Assembly: GCA_051652765.1 (NCBI GenBank)
Contig: JBOFUV010000038.1
Span: forward strand, 1-21,855
DNA: 21,855 bases
Reading direction: 5' to 3'
Source of the DNA: Microcoleaceae cyanobacterium
GTDB lineage: Bacteria > Cyanobacteriota > Cyanobacteriia > Cyanobacteriales > Microcoleaceae
The notes beneath the pieces were generated by a model. The model saw only the letters and a list, made by a program, of their open reading frames with translations, was not told the origin of the DNA and ran no database searches. A program made the position numbers and the translations under genes. Shown here in pieces: positions 1-8,958 of the stretch (positions within the stretch are counted from its first letter, which is position 1; every line of letters begins with the position of its first letter).

Positions 1-27
1 AGAGGTTAACGTTATCCATCCATCACC

Positions 28-804
28 ATGTCTACCCTAGAAAAACTCTACGAAGGCAAGGCCAAGATTGTCTACATCACAGACGATCCCGAAATTTTGC
101 TCACCTACTACAAAGATGATGCCACAGCCTTTAACGCTCAAAAACGGGGAACCATTGTCGGCAAAGGCGAGATCAATTGCACGATTTCCCGCCATCTGTT
201 TCAGTTACTAGACTCTCAGGGCGTTCCCACTCACTGGATTGATCCGTCAACTGTTAATCCGCCGACTGTTGATCTGCCAACAACTGAACCGCTAGCCCCC
301 AATGAAATGCGGGTGAGACGAGTCACGATTATTCCCATTGAAGTGATCGTGCGGAATATTGCGGCAGGAAGTCTCTGCAAACAAACCGGGATTCCCTTGG
401 GAACTGTTTTGCAACCAACCTTGGTAGAATTTTGCTACAAAAACGATGCTCTGGGTGATCCGTTGTTAACCCGCGATCGCCTACTGCTTCTGAAATTGGC
501 TACGCCCGAGCAACTAGAGGAAATTAAAGCGTTATCCCTCAAAATCAATCAAGTACTCTCGGACTTTTTTAATCAATGTGCTATTACCTTGGTCGATTTT
601 AAGCTTGAATTCGGGGTTACTTCCGATCAACAACTAGTTCTAGCCGATGAGATTAGTCCTGACACCTGTCGATTGTGGGATCAATCTCAAACCGATCCCA
701 ACCTGCGCGTGATGGACAAGGATCGTTTCCGGAATGACCTCGGTGATGTAGAATCTGCTTACCAACGGGTGTTAGAGCGAGTGCTTTTGGGTCTCAAAGT
801 TTAA
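28..804 (+). CDS. purC: Phosphoribosylaminoimidazole-succinocarboxamide (SAICAR) synthase
   Basis: 258 aa with motifs LYEGKAK, YKDDATAFN, PIEVIVRNIAAGS, LVDFKLEFG, LADEISPDTCRLWD and DKDRFR. Lies upstream of omp85, as in other cyanobacteria. Confidence 0.98.
   Translation: MSTLEKLYEGKAKIVYITDDPEILLTYYKDDATAFNAQKRGTIVGKGEINCTISRHLFQLLDSQGVPTHWIDPSTVNPPTVDLPTTEPLAPNEMRVRRVTIIPIEVIVRNIAAGSLCKQTGIPLGTVLQPTLVEFCYKNDALGDPLLTRDRLLLLKLATPEQLEEIKALSLKINQVLSDFFNQCAITLVDFKLEFGVTSDQQLVLADEISPDTCRLWDQSQTDPNLRVMDKDRFRNDLGDVESAYQRVLERVLLGLKV
241..294 (+). repeat. Degenerate 15-bp in-frame tandem repeat inside purC
   Basis: GATCCGTCAACTGTT / AATCCGCCGACTGTT / GATCTGCCAACAACT / GAACCGCTA encodes DPSTV-NPPTV-DLPTT-EPL. 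Confidence 0.8.
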
Positions 805-824
805 CTGAGAGGAAAAGTGGCAAC

Positions 825-854
825 TGTAGGGTAACCAGACTCGGTTATGCTACA
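825..854 (+). terminator. Stem-loop downstream of purC (possible terminator or mRNA-stability hairpin)
   Basis: TGTAG-GG-TAACC [AGACTC] GGTTA-TG-CTACA, 20 nt after the stop. There is no clear U-tract. Confidence 0.4.
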
Positions 855-942
855 CTCTATTGCTACATTTAACTGTCAGTTTGATGGTTCAAGTGCCTAA
901 CTTTGGGTTTCCTGGTTTTAGGGTGCTACAGAATAGGGTAAA

Positions 943-1026
943 ATTTCACGGTTTGAGTTTTACAGCTTAAACGTTACAACTTGAACTTCACAGTTTGAAC
1001 TTCACAGTTTAAGCTCTACGGTTTGC
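943..1026. repeat. Six-copy degenerate 14-bp tandem repeat upstream of bamA
   Basis: ATTTCACGGTTTGA / GTTTTACAGCTTAA / ACGTTACAACTTGA / ACTTCACAGTTTGA / ACTTCACAGTTTAA / GCTCTACGGTTTGC. Confidence 0.9.
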
Positions 1027-1128
1027 TAGATGCCTAGGCCAAGGACTTGAGGCTCTTCCAAGGGTTCAATTGGTCGGGTAACAGCTAACTTTTTTTGGTG
1101 TGTGGAACGTCTGAGAATATTAAGTCCT

Positions 1129-3912
1129 ATGCGCTTGTCTCCTATTCTGGTTGCCGTTGTTGCTGTCTCAGCCACATTCGGTATATCTCGTGCAGCCAAC
1201 GGTCAGATCTCTGAGGTGAATGCTCAGCATTCTTCAGAATTGATAGGAGGCTCTAACACAGTTGCCCTGCCGTTGCAAAAGTCTAAGGTCAGAGCAGAAG
1301 CTGTAATCGCACTTCAGAAGCCCCAAGTTTCTAAGTCAAGTTACTCTGATTCAATCGACAGTTCAGCGAAAGTTGTCCGGCTCAAGTCCAAGGATGCCTT
1401 AGAGCCAACAATTGAGCTTTCCCTGGATCAGTGGAATTTTCAAAAGTCCTCCCTCAGCACAGGGAAGAAGTCAGAACGCTTAAGCCTGAGCAAGTCTGGG
1501 GATTTTAAAGTTCAGATTGAAGCGAAAGAGCAAAGTCTGAACCCCTCAAAAGCAAAGCAGTCCATCGGCAGGCTTGCCCTGAATCCCCCTCTGTTTGAGC
1601 AGGATCTTGCAGATGAATTGTTTGTTCTGAACAAGGCCAAGTCTGAATCTCAACCCTTGGCAGACCAGAGTTCAGACCTTGAGCTAGGTAAACCTGATCT
1701 AGGTAAGCCTGAGCTAGTCAAGCTTGATCTCAGCAAGTCAGATGCAGCTAAATTAGGGGAATTGTTTGTTCAGGCCAATCCAGAAAATCCGGTTCCCCAG
1801 GTTAGCCCTCAAGATCCTATCCCACAAGTTAATCCACAGGATGCTGTTCCTGGAGTTAACGCACCGGAAATTATTCCTGGAGTTAACCCGCCGGATGCCG
1901 TTCCCCAGGTTGACCCTCAAGATCCTGTTCCACAAGTTAATCCCCAGATTGATTCCCCAAATACGGTTCCTGGAAGCGTGCCAGAAACCGTTCCTGCCCC
2001 TGAGCCGACTGAACCCGAAGGATCTCCAGGCTTACCGCCAGACCTAGGGCCAGAACGCCCCGTCCCTGGAACGAGACCTAGACCTCCAGCCCCACAAGCT
2101 GCTCCTGAACCTCAGGTCTTGGTTGCAGAAGTCGTAGTCGCTGGAGTCGATGACCCGAAAGTTGAAGAACAGGTTTATTCAGCCATTTCCACTCGACCAG
2201 GACTCACAACCACTCGTGCCCAATTGCAACGAGATATCAACGCAATCTTTGCGATTGGCCTGTTTAGAAATGTGCGGGCAGTACCAGAGGATACCCCTCT
2301 TGGGGTACGGGTTACCTTTGAAGTCGAACCCAATCCCCCCTTGCAAGCTGTCGTCGTTGAAGGGGATGAAGCATTACCGCAAGAGGTTATTGATGCTGCA
2401 TTTGCAGATCAGATTGGCAAAGCTATTAATCTCAATCAAGTTGAAGCCGCAATTGAAAAAATTAACACTTGGTATCAGGAAAATGGTTTTGTCCTAGCCC
2501 AAGTTGTGGCGGCTCCGGAGGTCACCCCGGAGGGCACGGTTACCTTGAAAGTTGCTGAAGGGGTGATTGAAAGCATCCGTGTTCGGTATCTGAACCGAGA
2601 CGGAGAACCAACAGATGAAGAAGGGAAGCCAATTGAAGGCAACACCCGAGAATTTATCATCACCCGTGAAATTGAGTTGCAACCTGGGGATGTCTTCAAC
2701 CAGCAAAAGGCTCAACAAGATTTGTCACGGGTGTTTGGGCTGGGGATTTTTGAGGATGTTCGGTTGGAGCTAGAGCCCGGAGCAGAAGACCCTCAAAAAG
2801 CCGTGATGATTGTCAATGTCATCGAACGCAGTACAGGCTCTCTGGCGCTTGGAGGCGGTGTTAGTTCGGCGACAGGACTGTTTGGAACGGTCTCTTACCA
2901 AGAGCAAAACCTAGGCGGCAACAATCAACGCTTAGGGACTGAGATCCAGCTTGGAGAAGATATCTTGTTGCTGGATCTTAACTTCACCGATCCTTGGATT
3001 GCTGGAGATCCCTATCGCACCTCCTACACCGTGAATGTCTTCCGACGACGGGCAATTTCTGTCATCTTTGAAGCGGGAGAAGACGAGGATGATGAGGTGC
3101 GATTGCCCAATGGCGATCGCATCCGAATTATCCGGACAGGAGGGGGGGTCACGTTTACCCGTCCTTTCGCTGAAAGCCCCTATGTTGATCCTGATTTTGT
3201 CACTTCTCTAGGAGTTCAATACCAACGGGTTCAAGCCGCTGATGCTGAAAATGGCATCACGCCTAGGGATGAACTTGGGAAGCTGTTAACTGCAAGTGAG
3301 TCTGGAGAAGATGACCTGTTCACAGTCCAATTTGGGATTGCTCAAGACCGCCGCAACAATACTCAGTTTCCGACCTCTGGCTATACCTATCGGCTTGGAA
3401 CTGAGCAGTCGATTCCCATTGGCTCCGGCAGTATTTTTTATAACCGTTTGAGGGGCAGTTATAACTTTTTTATTCCTGTGAGTATCTTAGAATTTATCCC
3501 GGATGCCCCCCAGACCCTTGCCTTTAGCTTTCAAGCCGGAACGATTATCGGAGATTTCCCTCCCTATGAGGCGTTTCCGTTAGGGGGTTCCAACACCGTT
3601 CGAGGTTGGCGGGAAGGCGCTTTGGGAGTAGCCCGAAGCTTTGTTTTGGGTTCAGTCGAGTATCGCTTTCCGATTTTTTCTATCGGCAATTTCTTGATTG
3701 GTGGGGCGTTGTTTTTTGATGCAGCAACAGCCTTGGACTCCCAAGGGACTGTTCAGGGGAACCCCGGTGGAATTCGAGGCAAGCCTGGAAGTGGCATTGG
3801 CTTTGGTGGAGGTCTGCGGGTTCAGTCTCCCCTGGGGCCGATTCGCATTGACTATGGTATCAACAACCTGGGAGAAGGACGAATCCACTTTGGGATTGGC
3901 GAACGGTTCTAA
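1129..3912 (+). CDS. bamA: BamA/Omp85 (Toc75-like) outer membrane protein assembly factor
   Basis: The signal peptide MRLSPILVAVVAV resembles cyanobacterial Omp85 N-termini, so ATG 1129 is preferred over GTG 1102. A long low-complexity/Pro-rich region is followed by POTRA domains (VLVAEVVV..., GVRVTFEVEPNP), the barrel motif GGSNTVRGW and a C-terminal HFGIGERF. Confidence 0.96.
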   Translation: MRLSPILVAVVAVSATFGISRAANGQISEVNAQHSSELIGGSNTVALPLQKSKVRAEAVIALQKPQVSKSSYSDSIDSSAKVVRLKSKDALEPTIELSLDQWNFQKSSLSTGKKSERLSLSKSGDFKVQIEAKEQSLNPSKAKQSIGRLALNPPLFEQDLADELFVLNKAKSESQPLADQSSDLELGKPDLGKPELVKLDLSKSDAAKLGELFVQANPENPVPQVSPQDPIPQVNPQDAVPGVNAPEIIPGVNPPDAVPQVDPQDPVPQVNPQIDSPNTVPGSVPETVPAPEPTEPEGSPGLPPDLGPERPVPGTRPRPPAPQAAPEPQVLVAEVVVAGVDDPKVEEQVYSAISTRPGLTTTRAQLQRDINAIFAIGLFRNVRAVPEDTPLGVRVTFEVEPNPPLQAVVVEGDEALPQEVIDAAFADQIGKAINLNQVEAAIEKINTWYQENGFVLAQVVAAPEVTPEGTVTLKVAEGVIESIRVRYLNRDGEPTDEEGKPIEGNTREFIITREIELQPGDVFNQQKAQQDLSRVFGLGIFEDVRLELEPGAEDPQKAVMIVNVIERSTGSLALGGGVSSATGLFGTVSYQEQNLGGNNQRLGTEIQLGEDILLLDLNFTDPWIAGDPYRTSYTVNVFRRRAISVIFEAGEDEDDEVRLPNGDRIRIIRTGGGVTFTRPFAESPYVDPDFVTSLGVQYQRVQAADAENGITPRDELGKLLTASESGEDDLFTVQFGIAQDRRNNTQFPTSGYTYRLGTEQSIPIGSGSIFYNRLRGSYNFFIPVSILEFIPDAPQTLAFSFQAGTIIGDFPPYEAFPLGGSNTVRGWREGALGVARSFVLGSVEYRFPIFSIGNFLIGGALFFDAATALDSQGTVQGNPGGIRGKPGSGIGFGGGLRVQSPLGPIRIDYGINNLGEGRIHFGIGERF
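1681..1755 (+). repeat. 15-bp in-frame tandem repeat in the bamA N-terminal region
   Basis: GAGCTAGGTAAACCT / GATCTAGGTAAGCCT / GAGCTAGTCAAGCTT / GATCTCAGCAAGTCA / GATGCAGCTAAATTA encodes ELGKP-DLGKP-ELVKL-DLSKS-DAAKL. Confidence 0.8.
1774..1962 (+). repeat. Seven 27-bp (9-aa) Pro-rich repeats in bamA
   Basis: ANPENPVPQ VSPQDPIPQ VNPQDAVPG VNAPEIIPG VNPPDAVPQ VDPQDPVPQ VNPQIDSPN. Confidence 0.9.
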
Positions 3913-3936
3913 AGGTCTAGGAATTTTTAGACCCTT
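3912..3936. terminator. Hairpin between convergent bamA and helicase genes
   Basis: GGTCTA (3914-3919) pairs with TAGACC (3928-3933) in the 43-bp convergent gap. The stem is short. Confidence 0.4.
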
Positions 3937-3955
3937 GGAATTCCAGTCGTGAACG

Positions 3956-6448
3956 TTAGGAATTGTCCCACTGCTGCTTCAAACGCTGAATTCGCTCCAG
4001 CAAGCTTTCGTTGGACAGGCGAGAACTGAGGCGCTCAATCAGCAGTGGAAAGGCAAACGGGGAAGGTCGTTGAGTGTTTTGCCAAATCAGGGAAAGTTGA
4101 CCCATGCGTTCGAGAGTTTTCTCTAGTCGATGAGCTTCCAACTGAGACTCGATCACTTCTTGTTCAGCCTGTTGTAGCAATAAGTTTTCGGGTTCGTACT
4201 GGGAAAAAACTTCATACAGTAATGAGGCACTCACCTGAAGCTGCCCTGAGGTTTTGCGAGCAGAAGGATAGCCGTTGAATACTAAACCTGACACTTGAGC
4301 AATGTTGCGAAACCGACGTTGGGTGAGTTCGGAAATATTGAGACTGGCTTTAATCCGCTCCGTCAAGTTTTTAGGGCTAAAAAATTCTGGGGAGAATAGG
4401 GTTTGAAAGGGATAATCTTGAGGAGCCAGAATTTCAAACCCATAATCATTAGCAGAAATCGTAAACGTTGCACTTTTCCGTGCGGCAAAATTGTACCCCC
4501 ACAGAAATCCTAACCCTTCATGCACAAACCGACCTTCAAAGGGATAAACATACAAATGTTGTCCCTCCCGAGTTTTGCAGGTTTCAATTAATAGTTCATG
4601 GGCACGAGGCAAGTGTGCAATGCGGTCTTGGGCATTGAGAATGGGAAGAATACAAGTCAATTCTGCATTCAGTTCAGATGGATTACAAGCCAAACCAATT
4701 TCTGCTTTCAAATGAGCACTTAACGTGTCAGAAATTGCCAATTTTCCGCCTCCCCAAATCGGAGTTACCGTTGAAGTTCGTTTGGTATTTTTGACATAAA
4801 CTACCATATCTTTTAACATAACGAATTCTAGTTGTCGCCCACCAAAGAAAAACACATCTCCCTTTTTTAATTTGGCCACAAAATTCTCTTCAACAATGCC
4901 AATTTTTTGACGATTGGTATAAATGATATTGAGGACTTGGTTTGAGGTAATCGTCCCAATATTCAGGCGGTGCATTCGGGCAAGCTGTTTGTTGGAAATT
5001 CGATAAATTCTGTCTTCAAGGGTAATTTTTTGATAACGGGGATAGGCCGCCAAACATTGACCTCCCTTTTCGAGAAAATTTAAAATCCAGTTGAATTCGG
5101 GTTGAGTTAATTCCTGATAGGCAACCGTTTTTTTTAAATCTTCAAAAACAGTCATCGGATCGAACCCATCCCCACAGGCTAGGGTGACCAAGTGTTGTAG
5201 GAGGACATCATAGGGTTTCTGCAATGGGTGGCGGGACTCAATCGCTCCTGCGGCCAATCCCCGACGAAAGGCAGAAATTTCCAACAATTCCAGGGCATTT
5301 GTGGGCAAGAACAAAATTTCGGATGTTCCCTGGGGCACATGGGCTGAACGTCCGGCCCGCTGCAGCAATCGCCCCAAATTCTTGGCGCTACCGATCTGAA
5401 CCACTCGTTCCACGGGCTGAAAGTCTACCCCGAGGTCTAAGGAAGAGGTGCAGACCACCCACTTAATTTCTCCAGCTTTTACCCCTGCTTCAATGGCCTC
5501 TCGTGCCTGAACATGAATGGAGCCGTGGTGGAGCGCAATGCGTTCCTGATGATCTGGCAGGGCAAAATTGAGGGCTTGATACCAGCGTTCAGCTTGGGAA
5601 CGGGTGTTGGTGAAAATTAACGTTGAAATCTCAATGTCGAGGGCGGCAACCAAAGCATCAACCATCCTCAACCCCAAATGTCCTGCCCAAGGGAAACTAT
5701 CCACGGACTCCGGGAGAATACTGTGAATTTTGGTTGAGCGGTTGAGGTTCGATTGAATCAGGACAGGAGTGTTTTCCAAACCCACGGCAGTTTGAGCCGC
5801 CTCTGTCACATTGCCCAATGTTGCTGAAATCGCCCAGGTTTGTAACGCTGGCTGAATTCGGCGCAGGTGAGCCAAACAGAGTTCGGTTTGCGTTCCGCGT
5901 TTGGTGCTGAGCAACTCATGCCATTCATCCAGAATCACCCCACGTAGGGCAGCAAACCGTTGTTTCGTCTCGCCATAGGACAGCATCACCGACAAAGACT
6001 CTGGGGTGGTGATCAGAATCTCAGGCATTTTTTTCAATTGCCGAGCTTTGACTGAAGAACTGGTGTCCCCGGTGCGGGATTCCACTCGCAGGTTCCAACC
6101 CATGTCCTGAATCGGTTGGCGAATCGCCGCTTCAATATCCCGTGACAAAGCTCTCAGGGGAGTCAGATAGAGCAGTTGTAGCCCTTGACTAGGAGACTGT
6201 AGCATTTGGGCAATTGGCCCCATTACTGCCCCATAGGTTTTCCCCGAACCCGTCGGCACTTGAATTAACCCGCTTTCGCCCTTGAGAAACGCTTCCCAGG
6301 TTTCAGCTTGAAAGGTTAGAGGTTGCCAATCCTGTTGCCTAAACCAGTCCAGGATGGGTTGCAGTAGATTGGTTGAACGCATTAAAGTTAAACTGATTAA
6401 AGTTAAACTGATTAAAGTTGAACTGATTAAAAGTGTGTCAGAAGACAT
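3956..6448 (-). CDS. Ligase-associated DNA damage response DEXH-box helicase (Lhr-core family)
   Basis: Motifs PTGSGKT, TPLRAL, RTGDT, TTPESL, DEWHEL, SAT, HHGS, TSSLDLGVD and QRAGRS. It also has a winged-helix region, HRLNIGTI and a DEAD-associated C-terminus. The start is uncertain: GTG 6451, ATG 6448 or ATG 6382. Confidence 0.93.
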   Translation of the reverse strand: MSSDTLLISSTLISLTLISLTLMRSTNLLQPILDWFRQQDWQPLTFQAETWEAFLKGESGLIQVPTGSGKTYGAVMGPIAQMLQSPSQGLQLLYLTPLRALSRDIEAAIRQPIQDMGWNLRVESRTGDTSSSVKARQLKKMPEILITTPESLSVMLSYGETKQRFAALRGVILDEWHELLSTKRGTQTELCLAHLRRIQPALQTWAISATLGNVTEAAQTAVGLENTPVLIQSNLNRSTKIHSILPESVDSFPWAGHLGLRMVDALVAALDIEISTLIFTNTRSQAERWYQALNFALPDHQERIALHHGSIHVQAREAIEAGVKAGEIKWVVCTSSLDLGVDFQPVERVVQIGSAKNLGRLLQRAGRSAHVPQGTSEILFLPTNALELLEISAFRRGLAAGAIESRHPLQKPYDVLLQHLVTLACGDGFDPMTVFEDLKKTVAYQELTQPEFNWILNFLEKGGQCLAAYPRYQKITLEDRIYRISNKQLARMHRLNIGTITSNQVLNIIYTNRQKIGIVEENFVAKLKKGDVFFFGGRQLEFVMLKDMVVYVKNTKRTSTVTPIWGGGKLAISDTLSAHLKAEIGLACNPSELNAELTCILPILNAQDRIAHLPRAHELLIETCKTREGQHLYVYPFEGRFVHEGLGFLWGYNFAARKSATFTISANDYGFEILAPQDYPFQTLFSPEFFSPKNLTERIKASLNISELTQRRFRNIAQVSGLVFNGYPSARKTSGQLQVSASLLYEVFSQYEPENLLLQQAEQEVIESQLEAHRLEKTLERMGQLSLIWQNTQRPSPFAFPLLIERLSSRLSNESLLERIQRLKQQWDNS
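6381..6431. repeat. Near-perfect 15-bp tandem repeat at the helicase 5' end
   Basis: ATTAAAGTTAAACTG x2, then ATTAAAGTTGAACTG and ATTAAA. It reads LISST-LISLT-LISLT on the minus strand. Confidence 0.93.
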
Positions 6449-6640
6449 CACCTTCTAGCCTGGATTATTCACAAAAAATCAAAATAGGATGGTTTTTTTC
6501 TTTTGAACTATCAATTAAAATATCAATCCCTTCAGCAGCTTGATATTTATGACTTTCAGGGTTAGCCATAGGTTAAGAACGGAGTCCCTGTTTGACAACT
6601 ATACTGTTTTAATCCGATTAAGTTCTAGTTTTTAGCCACA

Positions 6641-8365
6641 ATGGTAATCAAAGAAACTGCATCAATGCTGACCCGTGATGGCATTCGTTTGGATGCTGAC
6701 ATTTATTGCCCAGAATTTCCTGGGGAATTTCCTGTGCTTTTGATGCGACAACCCTATGGCAGAGCGATCGCCTCCACCGTTGTCTATGCTCACCCCAGTT
6801 GGTATGCGAGTCAAGGATACCTCGTTGTGATTCAAGATGTACGCGGACGGGGAACCTCCGAGGGGGAATTTTATGTGTTCAAATCAGAAGTTGAAGATGG
6901 AGCAGACAGTGTAAATTGGGCGGCAAATTTACCCAGGAGCAATGGGAATGTTGGAATGTATGGATTTTCCTACCAAGGAATGACCCAACTTTATGCAGCC
7001 TCTCAAAAGCCTGTGGGATTAAAAACAATTTGCCCCGCGATGATTGGCTATGATTTGTATCAAGATTGGGCCTATGAAGGGGGGGCATTCTGCTTGCAAG
7101 CCAACCTGGGATGGGCAATTCAACTAGCAGCAGAAACGGCGCGGAGAAACAGAGATGAAGCCCGCTATCAAGCCCTCTATCAAGCTGCTAAAATGCTTCC
7201 CCTGGATGACCCGACTCCTGCTGTTCCAGAACTTTTGAAAACCCTGGCTCCAGATTCCTTTTATCATGATTGGGTGAACCATCCTCAACCCGACGAGTAC
7301 TGGCACAATCTCTCTCCCAATATGACAGACGTAGACTTGCCAATGCTTCATATTGGCGGGTGGTTTGACACTTATTTACGGGGAACCTTGAACTTCTACA
7401 AACAAATGGTCAGTCATAGCGAATTGATCCAACATTTAGTTGTTGGCCCTTGGGCTCATTTGCCTTGGGGAAAAAAAGTTGGGGCTATTAACTATGGTTT
7501 GACAGCAAACAACCTGATTGACGATTTGCAAATCCGTTGGTTTGATCAGTTTTTAAAAGGAATTGAAACCGGAATTTTAGAGGAACCTGCGATCGCCTTG
7601 TTTGAAATGGGAAGCAATCAATGGCAAGAGTTTGAGACTTGGCCTCAGGAAAACCCCAAATCTTATTTACTGTTTAGTAATGGACTGGCAGCTCTTAGAG
7701 AAGACGCAGGCATTTTACTAGAAATTATTGAAGACCCAGTTGATGATGTTGATGATTATATTGATAAAAATCTATCGATCTCTATGTCTCTGGATTTAGT
7801 CTCAGCAACAGAGGTCAAAGATCAAGATCAAGCCTGGTCAGAGTCTTACGATACGTTTGTGCATGATCCATGGCGACCTGTTCCGGCTCTGGGAGGTCAT
7901 GCCGCATCTCCTAGCGGCTCATTTGAACGATCGGGCCTGGATGGTCGGAGCGATATTTTAACCTATACGTCTGCGCCTCTGGCCGCAGATGTTCATCTAG
8001 TCGGCGCAGGACGAGTTGAACTCTACTGTCAAGCAGACGCACCAAGCTATGACCTATGCGCCATTTTATCTGAAGTCAAAACTGATGGCAGTGTCTATAA
8101 CTTTGCTCAAGGATACAAGCAGGTGAATGACTCAGAAAACCCAGTGGAGATTTTGTTACAGGCCACTTGTATCTGTATTCCAGCAGGGAATGCCGTGCGC
8201 TTAAGTATTAGTGGAGCGTGTTTTCCGGCTTATCTAGTCAATTCAGGAACCCATCAACCTCTGATTCAGGGCCGGTTAATCGATGCTAAGATCATCACGA
8301 TTTCAGTACAGTCCGGAGAATGCTCTCCCTCACAACTGGTCTTGCCTCTCTCTTCTATGTTCTGA
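6641..8365 (+). CDS. CocE/NonD family serine hydrolase (peptidase S15 / PepX_C)
   Basis: Motifs TRDGIRLDADIY, RQPYG, QDVRGRGTSEG, nucleophile motif GFSYQG, GGWFD and GPWAH, plus a C-terminal PepX_C-like domain. Confidence 0.95.
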   Translation: MVIKETASMLTRDGIRLDADIYCPEFPGEFPVLLMRQPYGRAIASTVVYAHPSWYASQGYLVVIQDVRGRGTSEGEFYVFKSEVEDGADSVNWAANLPRSNGNVGMYGFSYQGMTQLYAASQKPVGLKTICPAMIGYDLYQDWAYEGGAFCLQANLGWAIQLAAETARRNRDEARYQALYQAAKMLPLDDPTPAVPELLKTLAPDSFYHDWVNHPQPDEYWHNLSPNMTDVDLPMLHIGGWFDTYLRGTLNFYKQMVSHSELIQHLVVGPWAHLPWGKKVGAINYGLTANNLIDDLQIRWFDQFLKGIETGILEEPAIALFEMGSNQWQEFETWPQENPKSYLLFSNGLAALREDAGILLEIIEDPVDDVDDYIDKNLSISMSLDLVSATEVKDQDQAWSESYDTFVHDPWRPVPALGGHAASPSGSFERSGLDGRSDILTYTSAPLAADVHLVGAGRVELYCQADAPSYDLCAILSEVKTDGSVYNFAQGYKQVNDSENPVEILLQATCICIPAGNAVRLSISGACFPAYLVNSGTHQPLIQGRLIDAKIITISVQSGECSPSQLVLPLSSMF

Positions 8366-8401
8366 TCTCTACATTCTGAACAAGACGTTCTGAACAATAT
8401 G
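8360..8401. repeat. Three-copy 14-bp tandem repeat at the hydrolase stop
   Basis: TTCTGATCTCTACA / TTCTGAACAAGACG / TTCTGAACAATATG. Confidence 0.7.
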
Positions 8402-8464
8402 AAAGACTCAGGTGTTTACTGCCAAGGACAAAATGTGGGTTCAGGCCAAACAGACAGTCATACT

Positions 8465-8501
8465 AAAACAGGATGTACTACTGCGAGAACATCCTGAAAA
8501 A
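8465..8501 (-). terminator. Probable intrinsic terminator for the DUF1232 gene
   Basis: Stem CAGGATGT (8469-8476) / ACATCCTG (8489-8496). AAAA at 8465-8468 gives a U-run on the minus strand. Confidence 0.6.
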
Positions 8502-8667
8502 TGAGTTCTAAAACCTACATTTAATGGTTGAAAATCCAAGTCTCAATCACTCAATGTGAAAGGGGTTTAACTTGGGAAAGTAAACCTTACCCTTCTGAAT
8601 TGTTAAACTATTCTGAAATCCTTGAGCTGACTGAATACCAACCAAAATATGATTTAGTTTGTGTCGG

Positions 8668-8958
8668 TTATCCGACCTCAACATTGATCACAGTAGCATC
8701 TGCAACGGTGGTCTTTTCATTGACTCCAGCCTTGGAACGGCGGTTGAGTCCTTCGAGCATAAGCTGAGAAACTTCGGTGACTAATAAAGCTGCAATGATA
8801 CCATCATCAATCCAACCCATGAAAGGAATAAAATCTGGAGCAATATCAATAGGGCTGAGCAAGTATACTAATGTTCCTAGAACTAAAATCCAACGATATT
8901 TAGTGTTGCGGAGAGTTTCACGATACCAGTTGTAGAAGGACTGTACAGGATTCTTCAT
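8668..8958 (-). CDS. YkvA family (DUF1232) small membrane protein
   Basis: Signature YLLSPIDIAPDFIPFMGWIDD. An AAGGTG RBS-like sequence lies upstream. Confidence 0.93.
   Translation of the reverse strand: MKNPVQSFYNWYRETLRNTKYRWILVLGTLVYLLSPIDIAPDFIPFMGWIDDGIIAALLVTEVSQLMLEGLNRRSKAGVNEKTTVADATVINVEVG

Noticed and set aside
943..1026. Possible CRISPR array
   Set aside because: The units are contiguous 14-mers with no unique spacers, and there are no cas genes in the window.
1753..3952. Alternative-frame and antisense ORFs within bamA
   Set aside because: They overlap a well-supported gene and have no motifs. Some simply reflect the 27-bp repeat.
4045..7351. Short ORFs inside the helicase and hydrolase genes
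   Set aside because: Shadow ORFs on conserved genes with no recognisable features.
8528..8767. 79-aa plus-strand ORF
   Set aside because: It has a TTG start, overlaps the DUF1232 gene in antisense, and shows no RBS or motif.
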